Shown: one piece after another, positions 20,391 through 29,585 of the stretch | Layout of the letters: each line of letters begins with the position of its first letter | Numbering within the stretch: the stretch's first letter is position 1 | From: Promethearchaeota archaeon | GTDB lineage: Archaea; Asgardarchaeota; Lokiarchaeia; Sigyniarchaeales; SOKP01 | NCBI GenBank assembly: GCA_030603385.1 | Contig: JAUVXW010000013.1 | Location: 1-64,000 of the forward strand | Direction of reading: 5' to 3' | Length of the DNA stretch: 64,000 bases | Translations under genes and position numbers: made by a program | Notes under the pieces: generated by a model | Seen by the model: the letters and a program-made list of their open reading frames with translations, nothing else | The model's database searches: none | What the model was told of the DNA's origin: nothing

Positions 20391-20978
20391 ATGGAAAAAA
20401 AAAATCAAAAATCAAGTTATGCTTTTAAAGGTTATTTTTTACCAAATAATTCACTAATAATCTCTATAATAGGTATTTTTGCGGCATTAATTTGCGTGTT
20501 TACTTTGCTAATAAGGATACCTGTTCCTGCTACAACGGGCTATATAAACATTGGAGATTTTGGAGTAATGTTCACAGGATTACTTTTTGGCCCTATTATT
20601 GGAGGAATTGCTGGAGGATTAGGTTCTGCTATTGCAGATATTATAGGATTCCCACAATTTGCTATACCAACATTAATTATTAAAGGTTTAGAAGGATTTT
20701 TTGTAGGATTAATTGCTAATCCAAAGAGAGAAAGTTCTAGAATTGGTTTTAGGTATATTATTGCTGTATTAATAGGTGGGTCAATAATGGTTATCGGATA
20801 TTTTGTTGTTGAAATTTTCATGTATGGATTGAGTGCAGCTCTTATTGAAGTTCCTGGTAATCTATTTCAATTATTATTTGGAATAGTAACGTCATTGATT
20901 CTTATAACAACTGCTAGAAAACCCATTGTTAATAATCTACCTCAAGTATTTGATAAAATCTTTATTAAATTAGAGTAA
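20391..20978 (+). CDS. ECF transporter S-component
   Basis: IRIPVPATTGYINIGD, GLLFGP..GG.AGGLGSAIADI, TLIIKGLEG, EVPGNLFQ. Confidence 0.9.
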   Translation: MEKKNQKSSYAFKGYFLPNNSLIISIIGIFAALICVFTLLIRIPVPATTGYINIGDFGVMFTGLLFGPIIGGIAGGLGSAIADIIGFPQFAIPTLIIKGLEGFFVGLIANPKRESSRIGFRYIIAVLIGGSIMVIGYFVVEIFMYGLSAALIEVPGNLFQLLFGIVTSLILITTARKPIVNNLPQVFDKIFIKLE

Positions 20979-21020
20979 AATGAGAAAAAATTGTAATAAA
21001 GTACTATTACATTATTTTTA

Positions 21021-21046
21021 AAAATTTACGATCCTTCGTAAACTTT
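21021..21046. promoter_or_regulatory. Candidate DtxR/MntR operator upstream of the ZIP transporter-regulator operon
   Basis: TTTACGA-TCCT-TCGTAAA inverted repeat directly before a TTTAAAT TATA-like box; second IR TGTAATA-N6-TATTACA at 20992-21011. Confidence 0.55.
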
Positions 21047-21101
21047 AAATTAGCATTAATACTATTTTTTACAGTTTAAAATTCAATAGAAGTGATAAAA
21101 A

Positions 21102-21860
21102 ATTCTATTATGGATAATTTTATTTAGTATATTAGGTAGTGTTGGGGCTATAATAGTAGCAGGTGCTTTTGTTTTTTTAGGTGAAAAATATCAAGAAATA
21201 CTCATCCCGATCCTTATTTCATTTGCTACAGGAATTCTCCTAGCAGCAGCATTTTTAGGATTAATTCCAGAGGCTATTGAAGAATTGGGTGGAGAGGCAC
21301 ATTTGATTATGCCATATGTTTTAGGAGGGATTTTGTTTTTCTTTTTTATGGAGAAGTTAATCATTTGGAGAAATTGTAGAAATAAAGAATGTGAGGTTCA
21401 TTCTCATGCTTCAGGTCCTATTATACTTATAGGCGATTCACTGCATAATCTAACAGACGGAATTGTGATTGCGACTGCTTTTTTAACAAGTACAAGCCTT
21501 GGTATAAGTGCAGGATTAACAATTTTGGTTCATGAACTTGCTCATGAAACTGGAGATTTCGGTATTTTACTTCATTCAGGATATTCAAAGAAAAAGGCAT
21601 TTATGTATAATCTTGTTTCGAGTTCTACAACAATACCCGCTGCAATATTAGGTTATTTTATATTAGGTGCTATTTCTTCAGTAGTTCCTTTCATCTTAGC
21701 AATCTCCGCATCTAGTTTCATATATATTTCTTTATCTGATTTAACACCTGATCTTCATCAGCATAGTGATTTAAAATATAGCATTCAGCAATTGTTTTTC
21801 ATTATCGTTGGAATTCTCTTAATGTATTTATTACTAACATTGGGGGGCCATAATCATTAA
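21102..21860 (+). CDS. ZIP-family (ZupT-like) metal transporter; N-terminus extends upstream of the ORF track to an ATT codon
   Basis: Open frame from 21099 encodes LLWIILFSILGSVGAII...SFATGILLAAAFLGLIPEA (ZIP TM1-2); GDSLHNLTDG and HELAHETGDF metal motifs. Confidence 0.88.
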   Translation: MLLWIILFSILGSVGAIIVAGAFVFLGEKYQEILIPILISFATGILLAAAFLGLIPEAIEELGGEAHLIMPYVLGGILFFFFMEKLIIWRNCRNKECEVHSHASGPIILIGDSLHNLTDGIVIATAFLTSTSLGISAGLTILVHELAHETGDFGILLHSGYSKKKAFMYNLVSSSTTIPAAILGYFILGAISSVVPFILAISASSFIYISLSDLTPDLHQHSDLKYSIQQLFFIIVGILLMYLLLTLGGHNH

Positions 21861-21880
21861 AATATTATATCTTGATTGAA

Positions 21881-22297
21881 ATGTTAGAATTAGATTATAA
21901 GGTTCTGAAGAAGATATATCATTCTTCAAAATATTTAAAGGTTGGAGATCTTGCCAAAATTCTTCGTTTTCCCCATTCTACAATTGGGAGTTGCATCAAG
22001 AGATTAGAAGAGAACGGATATGTTATATATGAGCGATATAAGCCAGTTTTTTTATCAAAGGAAGGAGAAGGTCTTGCTGCTGAACTAACACGTCATGCCC
22101 GACTTCTTGAATTGCTATTGCACAATGAATTGGGATTGACCCCTAAAGATGCTCATAATGAAAGTGAGAAATTCTATTTACTTTTCTCTTGTAATACGAT
22201 TAATAGAATCTGTGCTAAATATTCTCACCCAAAAATGTGTCCTTGCGGAGAAGAAATTTTAAACTCTTCAGAATGTTTTTGTGAGAAAAAAAATTAA
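21881..22297 (+). CDS. DtxR/MntR-family metal-dependent transcriptional regulator
   Basis: HTH DLAKILRFPHSTIGSCIKRLEENGYV, YERYKPVFLS, RHARLLE, HPKMCPCG. Confidence 0.88.
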   Translation: MLELDYKVLKKIYHSSKYLKVGDLAKILRFPHSTIGSCIKRLEENGYVIYERYKPVFLSKEGEGLAAELTRHARLLELLLHNELGLTPKDAHNESEKFYLLFSCNTINRICAKYSHPKMCPCGEEILNSSECFCEKKN

Positions 22298-22301
22298 GGT
22301 C

Positions 22302-22778
22302 TTATTTTATAATATCATTCGAAGCATATGCAGTTAATATTTTTCCATAAAAATAGTGATGACTAGTCATATTTGATTCGCTAGAATGAATAATCCTACA
22401 TTCATAACTTAAGATACAGTCTTTTATAGTAGGCACTTTTATATTTTTTCCGGGGATCGTTATCAATCCAGCTTTATTTAATTTATCAGTATTTCTCCCT
22501 GAATAAAATCCTGCAATATCTATAGCATGGTAAGTTTTCTCTGAGGGGATATTAATAGTAAAATCATTCATACCCTCAATTAATAAAGTATATGTATATC
22601 GACTATAGGCTACTTGAGCTCTAATAACAGGGATACCCTTAAATTCAGTGATTTTTTTCCAATCTAATGCCATAACATTACAATTTCCTTTTTTATCCAT
22701 TGTTACCATTAATGCCGTATTTCCATTAAATTGTTCAATATATTCATATGGTCCTATTTCTTTCCTATTATACGACAT
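22302..22778 (-). CDS. Flavin reductase-like FMN-binding split-barrel protein
   Basis: NVMA, SRYTY, FTINIP, SGRNTDK, ECRI, H..F.GKI. Confidence 0.85.
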   Translation of the reverse strand: MSYNRKEIGPYEYIEQFNGNTALMVTMDKKGNCNVMALDWKKITEFKGIPVIRAQVAYSRYTYTLLIEGMNDFTINIPSEKTYHAIDIAGFYSGRNTDKLNKAGLITIPGKNIKVPTIKDCILSYECRIIHSSESNMTSHHYFYGKILTAYASNDIIK

Positions 22779-22831
22779 TTTTCTAAGCTTATTATTTAGT
22801 TTTAATGTGATTTATATAAACAAATTAATGA

Positions 22832-23659
22832 TCAAGGAAGCCCAGTTCCTGGTACCTCCACTTTCACATATTCAATTTTTCCACCCACTCTTTCAGAGGT
22901 AGATGTAGTTATAAAGAGTATATCACGATTAGGTCCACCAAGCATACAAGAGTATGCATCTGTTTCGATTTTTACTTTATGTGTAATTTTACCACCCTCA
23001 AGAACACGAACTACCCTATGTCGACCTGGAGAAGCAACCCAAATAGCACCTTCAGTATCTAAACAAATTCCATCTGGTGCGATGGATTTCAGGTTTGCCC
23101 ACACTCGACGATTTAATAAAGAACCATCTTCAATGATATTAAATGCAGTAAGACGAGCTGCGTAAGTTTCTGCAACAATAAGATTAGTCTCATCTGGTGT
23201 AATAATAGTTCCATTTGGAAAAGCCATATCGCCAGCTACAATTTTAGAATCCCCATTTGGTTCTACAAGCACAATTTCAGCAGGTTTAAAAGGTTTAGTA
23301 TTAAAAAAATCGAAACCAAAATTCCCAACATATGCTCTCCCTTTATTATCAACTACCATATCATTACAATGAAAAGTTGCTAGGCCGTTTAAGTCAGCAT
23401 GTTCCGTTACTCCTTTAGGATCAAGACGAAGTAATCGACAATCCTCCATTGAAACTATTAATAATCTACCATCAGGCAACCATCCTAAACCAGAAGGTCT
23501 ATTTGGTATTTCTAATACGGTTCCTATATTTCCATCAAGATCTACCGTCATTACCTTATGAGTGTCCATATCAGAAAACCAGAGTCTATCATCATGCCAA
23601 CGTGGGCTTTCTGGGAATAACAAACCATCAATAAGCACTTTTGTTTCTAGCATTACCAT
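22832..23659 (-). CDS. SMP-30/gluconolactonase/LRE family protein
   Basis: FPESPRWHDDRLWFSD, CNDMVVD, FPNG, PDGICLDTEGAIW, LGG; start at ATG 23659 or 23653. Confidence 0.92.
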   Translation of the reverse strand: MVMLETKVLIDGLLFPESPRWHDDRLWFSDMDTHKVMTVDLDGNIGTVLEIPNRPSGLGWLPDGRLLIVSMEDCRLLRLDPKGVTEHADLNGLATFHCNDMVVDNKGRAYVGNFGFDFFNTKPFKPAEIVLVEPNGDSKIVAGDMAFPNGTIITPDETNLIVAETYAARLTAFNIIEDGSLLNRRVWANLKSIAPDGICLDTEGAIWVASPGRHRVVRVLEGGKITHKVKIETDAYSCMLGGPNRDILFITTSTSERVGGKIEYVKVEVPGTGLP

Positions 23660-23680
23660 TGTTCTTATAATTATCAATAA

Positions 23681-23920
23681 TTATGGTTCAAATTTTTTAT
23701 CGTGAATCGCCTTATCTATCGCGAGAAGGCAAGCCTCTTCCCAATCACCGTTAGGATCAATACTTTCACAGCAATCAGGGCACCAATCCTCAGAATAACC
23801 ATCATCAAAATCACCAGCTTCCATATCACCATTTAGGATGCTACCACAATAAAAACAAACACCTTCATCATACCTATCTAAAATTTCAGAAATTAATTTG
23901 ATTTTTTTTTTTGCATTCAT
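23681..23920 (-). CDS. Small acidic Cys-rich (zinc-finger-like) protein
   Basis: CFYCG and WCPDCC motifs; ATG at 23920 (MNAKKKIK) preferred. Confidence 0.7.
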   Translation of the reverse strand: MNAKKKIKLISEILDRYDEGVCFYCGSILNGDMEAGDFDDGYSEDWCPDCCESIDPNGDWEEACLLAIDKAIHDKKFEP

Positions 23921-24139
23921 CTTTACAAGAGAATTTTTATTTAAAATATTATAGAATAAGAAAAGAAACAATATAAGTATTTAATGTAATTTCTAATAAA
24001 ATTGATAGTATAAGAACCGGAAATAATAAAAAGTTTTTATCCTTTTGAAAAAGAGTTTTTAGAAAGGATTAATTATTGAAACCAAGTTATATTTATTTTT
24101 TGATTTAGATATTATGGTTCAACTCTATAGATTAGCTAA

Positions 24140-24360
24140 ATAAATTTAAATATATGTATCCTATTTTGTTTTTAAGAATTAAATTGCATTTAATAAATAA
24201 TTGAGGACATTTTTCAAATTTTTTATAAAGATATTTCTATTGTTATTCTAATAAATTTAAATATATGTATCCTATTTTGTTTTTAAGAAATAAATTGCAT
24301 TTAATATATAATTGAGATCTTTTTCAAATTTTCTATAAAGATATTTCTAATGTTATTCTA
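24140..24360 (+). repeat. Tandem direct duplication (111 + 110 bp) of the promoter region of the Rab-like gene
   Basis: ATAAATTTAAATATATGTATCCTATTTTG...GATATTTCTA(T/A)TGTTATTCTA at 24140-24250 and 24251-24360 with few differences. Confidence 0.95.
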
Positions 24361-24373
24361 GGCGATATAATAA

Positions 24374-25410
24374 TTGGATGACATAATTAACCTGAAGCTA
24401 ATTGTTCTTGGAGAAGGAGAAGTAGGAAAATCATCAATAATAAACGCATTTATGGGAGAAGAAATTTCTGAGAGATATATGCCTACAATCGGGAGTGTTA
24501 CGTTTAGAAAAGAATATACATTAAAAGAAATATCAAAAATTATTAGACTGACTATCTGGGATCTTGGTGGTCAAAAATCCTTCAATCCTTATAATCCCGC
24601 CTATTACGCCAATGCCGATTTAGCTCTATTAGTTTTTGATGTAACCAAACCAGAAATCACATTGAAGAACCTTAAAAAAGAATTTGAGGAAAAAATGAGT
24701 ATTTCATCAGAAGAATGTATATCTATCTTTGTAGGAAATAAAATGGACCTGCTTGATGTAGATAAAGGGTTTAAAAACACACTCCAAGACTTTTTTAATA
24801 ATAGGGATCATTTTATTTTACTATCTGCTAAAACTGGTTTAAATATTAAAGAGAGTTTTGAACTATTAATTTTTACATATCTACAGAGAGCAGAATTATT
24901 AGCTCCTGAACTTGTTCAAGAAAACTCTGCAAAAATTTTTTAAAATCAATAGGGAGAGATGAGAAGTCTTTAAAGAGTAAAATAGTAAATTTAAAATCCA
25001 TTGATTCAGCTTTAGAAAAGCTCAAGTCAATACCTAAAGCCGAAGTAGAACTTTCCACTGAAAATGACACAAGTGAATTAAAGTATCATGAATTTATTCA
25101 ACAGGAATTACATAAAGTTGGATATCAGAAAGATAATATACTTGATCAGTTTTTAATAAATTTATCTGAATTAGAAAAAGCTTTGACTCACGTAAGGAAA
25201 TCTCATATCAAATCGACTGGTGACGTGATTGATAACTTACGAGATCTATTAACTACTTCAAAAAAGGATTTTGAACAAAATCTTGAATTAATCCAAAAAT
25301 TGAATAGAGAGGAGAATGAATTAATGATAATCAGCTCCAAACTCAAAAACGAAAATCTAGAAGTAAATAATGAAGATCCAGATCATCAAAATAAAATTTA
25401 TAATGTTTAA
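24374..25410 (+). CDS. Rab/Ras-like small GTPase fused to a C-terminal coiled-coil region, split by a -1 frameshift at about 24935
   Basis: GEGEVGKS, PTIG, WDLGGQ, NKMD, SAK motifs; after the A5T6 run the -1 frame is open from 24931 through the 25183-25410 ORF. Confidence 0.8.
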
Positions 25411-25420
25411 TAAGATATAG

Positions 25421-26341
25421 GTGATTAAAATTTCAAATACCGAAGAAACACCAACAAAAGATTTACAGAATTTAAAAGAGCAAATAAAGAAAATTGATCA
25501 GAAATTGAATCAACAGATAAAAACGTTTGACCAGAAAACACTTGATCATGTGAACAAATCTGATAAGAAATTTACTGATCAATTGAAGAAAATAGGACAG
25601 AAAATTGATGATGATGTAAAGAAACTTGATCAAACTATAACTAACCAAATTAGTAAACTAGAGCAAGGTTCAAGGGAGAAAATAGGCAAACTTGATAAGA
25701 GTTTAGATGAACAAATTAATAGTATCAATAAAAAAATTGAAGATATTACTAATCTTTTCGATCAAGAGTTAGAAGATAAATTCAATACTCTCAATAATAA
25801 AATAGAAGGAAATAACAAAGCATTAATTGAAGAATTGGAGAGTGCATCCAGCAAACTTGATAAGAATCTTAATGATCAAATCTCTAATGTAGAAGATAAA
25901 ATTAAAATCATAATTGATAGTATAAAAGCGGTAAATGACGATTTTTCCCTAAAATTTCAGAGATTGAAAGAGGAATTTGATACAAAGGAAGAAGTTCTTA
26001 GTGATATGTTAAAGAAATTTGAAGAAGAAACTATTGAATTTAAAAACAGCCTCAAACCAGAGTTAGAAGATCTTAAAAGTCAACAAGATTTGGTCAAAAT
26101 AACAGTAGATATACTTAAAAAGCAAATTTTTGAAAGTGCTAGAGAATGGATTAATGATGAGATTAAATTAGCATGTAAAAATAAAGAAAGAGAAATCTTA
26201 ATGAATTTATGGATTGATGAGCTAAAAGAAGTTATTGGGGATTTAGATAAATTAAAAAAAACAAATCCTAAAGAATTAAAAATTCATATAAATGAAATTT
26301 CAACTACTATTGAATCATTTCGCCAAAAGTTTGTCAAATAA
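25421..26341 (+). CDS. Helical repeat (apolipoprotein-like 11/22-mer) coiled-coil protein
   Basis: Recurring K(L/I)D(Q/K)xxxxQI units: KIDQKLNQQI, KLDQTITNQI, KLDKSLDEQI, KLDKNLNDQI; start may be ATT at 25430. Confidence 0.75.
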   Translation: MIKISNTEETPTKDLQNLKEQIKKIDQKLNQQIKTFDQKTLDHVNKSDKKFTDQLKKIGQKIDDDVKKLDQTITNQISKLEQGSREKIGKLDKSLDEQINSINKKIEDITNLFDQELEDKFNTLNNKIEGNNKALIEELESASSKLDKNLNDQISNVEDKIKIIIDSIKAVNDDFSLKFQRLKEEFDTKEEVLSDMLKKFEEETIEFKNSLKPELEDLKSQQDLVKITVDILKKQIFESAREWINDEIKLACKNKEREILMNLWIDELKEVIGDLDKLKKTNPKELKIHINEISTTIESFRQKFVK

Positions 26342-26517
26342 AATATTAATTCTAATTTTTCTTACTAAATTTTCTTAGTCTGGCAAAAATAATTCTTACT
26401 ACTTTTTTTTTATCCGGCAAATTGTCTATAAGTTACTCATAAATCATATACCTAATTTTATTACCTTTAGAATTTAATATATAGAATAATAAATTTAGAA
26501 AAAACTTAGTACAAGGA

Positions 26518-27489
26518 ATGATATCACAAATGACTCCAGATATAATTTCACTTGGAGAATTATTAGTTGAAATTATGCGAACAGATTTAAATACTCCACA
26601 TGGAGTAACTGGTGCTAATTATCGGGGACCATTTCCTAGTGGAGCACCAGCAATTTTTATTGACTCTGCCTCTCGTATGGGAAAGCCATTTGATTTCACT
26701 ACAGGGTTTATTGGTGTTATAGGAAATGATGAATTTGGGGCTAGTATAATTAAGAAGTTGGAAAAAGATGGTGTTGATGTATCGCAAATTAGAAGTTCGG
26801 ATACTGAGACTACTGGAATTGCTTTCAATCAATACAATTCGGATGGTTCTCGTAAATTCATATTCGCGGCAGGTGCAGCAGGCGCAACAACTCCCGATGA
26901 TGTAAAGGAAGATTATTTTAAAGATATTAAAAATCTGCATATTACTGGAAGTGCCCTTTCAATTAGTAAAAATTCACGTGAAGCATGTTATAAGGCGATA
27001 AAAATAGCTAAAGAAAAAAACCCTAGTGTCTTAATTTCATTTGATCCAAATTTAAGACCTGAATTACTCGATTTAGAAGTTATACTTAAAATCTGCAAGC
27101 CTGTTTTAGAAATGACAGAAATATTGTTTCCAAGTGGGGAAGAAGCTGAAATGTTGGCAGGTATTAATGATCCAATTGAAGCCTGTCAAAAATTGCTAGA
27201 AAAAGGTCCAAAGATCATAGTATTGAAACGAGGGAAAAGAGGATGTACAATCTTTACCAAAGATAATCTTAAGGGCGCTAATATAGAGGGATTCAAAGTT
27301 AATGAAGTGGATCCAACAGGAGCAGGGGATTCTTTTGGTGGTGCTTTTATTGTAGGCTATTTAGCTGGATGGAACTTGAAAAAGACAGCTAAATTTGCAA
27401 ATATTATTGGAGCAAAAAAGGTAGAGCATTTTGGACCTATGTCGGATACAACTTATGAAGAAGTTATTGAATTAATGAAGAAAGATTGA
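26518..27489 (+). CDS. PfkB-family sugar kinase
   Basis: GELLVEIMR, GPFPSGAPAIF, SFDPNLR, DPTGAGDSFGGAF. Confidence 0.92.
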   Translation: MISQMTPDIISLGELLVEIMRTDLNTPHGVTGANYRGPFPSGAPAIFIDSASRMGKPFDFTTGFIGVIGNDEFGASIIKKLEKDGVDVSQIRSSDTETTGIAFNQYNSDGSRKFIFAAGAAGATTPDDVKEDYFKDIKNLHITGSALSISKNSREACYKAIKIAKEKNPSVLISFDPNLRPELLDLEVILKICKPVLEMTEILFPSGEEAEMLAGINDPIEACQKLLEKGPKIIVLKRGKRGCTIFTKDNLKGANIEGFKVNEVDPTGAGDSFGGAFIVGYLAGWNLKKTAKFANIIGAKKVEHFGPMSDTTYEEVIELMKKD

Positions 27490-28055
27490 TTTTAATTCAA
27501 TTAGAAGTGTGGTAAAACTGACCTGAAAGAAAACAAGTAAATTTTATTAATGATTAGAAGCATAAAATCTTAAATTACAACCTCATATTAACTATATCCA
27601 ACAGAAATAATATGCTTTATGTTTTGATAAGAAAAACAACAGATTTAGTAATTCTTTTAAAGGTAAGTAAACTTAGGAGTGGTAATTGAGTCTGTTATAA
27701 CGCGAATCTTAGATAAAGTTTTATTGTTATCATACAATCCGACCAATAGACTTCAAAGACCCCACTTTAGAAAGATTCCAAATAAAAATTAAAATAAGTG
27801 CTTATTTAAACTTTTTTATTGATTCTGTGATTTTCCAGAGAAGTAAAAGAGAAAAGATTAAAATTTAAATATCTGAATTAAGTATATTTCATAAGATACT
27901 TATTAGTATTAGATGTGGGAATAAATGATCGATTATTTAAATCGACAAATATTTAAGCAAATTTGCAATCACAATAATTAAATTTTATAATTTCTAATTC
28001 TAATTTTATATTATTATAAAGATATTATAAATCCAATATTCAGAAACGTGAAATA

Positions 28056-29516
28056 ATGACTAACGAATTTAATGGAGAAGATAAGGAAAGTAAACCAGAC
28101 AAGGAAAGCGAGAGGATAGATAAGGAATTTTTAACTAAAGCAAAAAATTCCAGAGATATGATAGATAAAAAATTGAGAACTTTTGAGAATAGTATAGAAG
28201 ATATCTCAGAAACAATTACTAACGGCGAAACAGAAGAAGAAAAAGAAAAAAGTAAAAAAGAAGTAGAAGAAATTAGTGAAGAGATAAAAGAAGCACAACT
28301 AAAACTTGATACGGTTTCAAAGAAAATTGATGATAAAGAAGAATATTTAACTGCTCTTGAAGAAACTATATCTGCTCTTGAAGAAAAGTATAATCGGAAA
28401 ACAGAAGAAATGAAAAATCTGGAAGAACGATTTGAAATTATAAAAGAGAGCAAAGATAATCTAGAAGATGATTATAAAGAACTCTTAAGAAATAACGAAC
28501 AATTAGTAAAAACATATGAAAGTAGACAAGTTGATTTAATTGTTCTTACAGATTCTGTAAAAGAGAAAGTTTCATCTCAGGATGAACTGAGAAATCAAAT
28601 CTCAAAATTAAATCAAGAAATATCAGAAAAGGAAGCAAAACTGGAGAAACAAAGGGAAGAATCAGAGGTTCTAGAGAAAAAAATAAAAAGCCAGAGTGCT
28701 GAAAACGAAACTTTAAGATTTTATCTTAATAAAAATAAAGTTGAATTAGAGCATTCTAATTCTGAAATTGAAGCAAAAGAAGAGGAAAGAAAACTTTTAA
28801 CAGAACAAATTGAAAAAAAAGAAATAAGAATAAAGGAAGTAGAACAAAAAATTGAAGAATATCATGATGGATTTCCTGAAATGGAAAAACAAAGAGAAAC
28901 ATATGAGGAACTTCTTGCTAAGTATAAAGTTCAACTAACTGATAAACAACAACAATTAATTGACATGGAATCTCGAATTCAAGAGCTCAAAGACGCAACT
29001 GAATCCTTAGATGAACAAACAAACGCCAAACAAAATTTAATTGATGCGAATGAAAAAAGGATTGAAGACTTAAAACAAGATATAGAAACGTCAAATACAG
29101 AATATCTTGAGAGAGAAGAACGGCTCGACGCCATAACAGAGAAATTGACACGTATGGAATCAGATCATGAAAAATTAAAAAAAGCTAAAGAAGCAATTGA
29201 GGGTAGTACTAATGACTCTCGAATTATACTTCAACAATTGAAAGAAGAATTAGAAAATCAAGAAAAGGAAATTAGAGATAAAGAGAGTCGGATCCACAGA
29301 TTAGAAATATTATCCGCTATTTATAGAGCTTCGAAATTCTTCGGCGGAATTTTAATAGGTGCGGGAATATTTTTTATAATTTGGTCAATAGGAATATTTA
29401 CTAATACAATAGATTTAGGGGATGTAAATATAAATACATTTTTAATGGTTATATTCCTGTTAGTTGGAGCTATATTATCAATTATTTCTGGAATATTCCA
29501 CCTTGAGAAATCATAA
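28056..29516 (+). CDS. Long coiled-coil protein with two C-terminal TM helices
   Basis: About 400 aa of E/K/Q-rich heptads then FFGGILIGAGIFFIIWSIGIF and FLMVIFLLVGAILSIISGIF. Confidence 0.8.
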   Translation: MTNEFNGEDKESKPDKESERIDKEFLTKAKNSRDMIDKKLRTFENSIEDISETITNGETEEEKEKSKKEVEEISEEIKEAQLKLDTVSKKIDDKEEYLTALEETISALEEKYNRKTEEMKNLEERFEIIKESKDNLEDDYKELLRNNEQLVKTYESRQVDLIVLTDSVKEKVSSQDELRNQISKLNQEISEKEAKLEKQREESEVLEKKIKSQSAENETLRFYLNKNKVELEHSNSEIEAKEEERKLLTEQIEKKEIRIKEVEQKIEEYHDGFPEMEKQRETYEELLAKYKVQLTDKQQQLIDMESRIQELKDATESLDEQTNAKQNLIDANEKRIEDLKQDIETSNTEYLEREERLDAITEKLTRMESDHEKLKKAKEAIEGSTNDSRIILQQLKEELENQEKEIRDKESRIHRLEILSAIYRASKFFGGILIGAGIFFIIWSIGIFTNTIDLGDVNINTFLMVIFLLVGAILSIISGIFHLEKS

Positions 29517-29585
29517 TTTACCCTTCTATTAATTCACGAATATATTTGAAATTTAAATTAATAATACTATTTTAATGATTTAGGT

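Noticed and set aside
24140-24360. Direct repeats as a CRISPR array
   Set aside because: Only two adjacent ~110-bp copies, no spacers, no cas genes
24925-24950. Canonical programmed -1 frameshift signal
   Set aside because: No in-frame X XXY YYZ heptamer and no obvious downstream stimulatory structure; homopolymer indel is at least as likely
27490-28055. Possible decayed gene in the long intergenic gap
   Set aside because: Only short stop-riddled frames with no assignable homology
28056-29516. SMC/Rad50 ATPase call
   Set aside because: No Walker motifs, hinge or hook; TM tail instead
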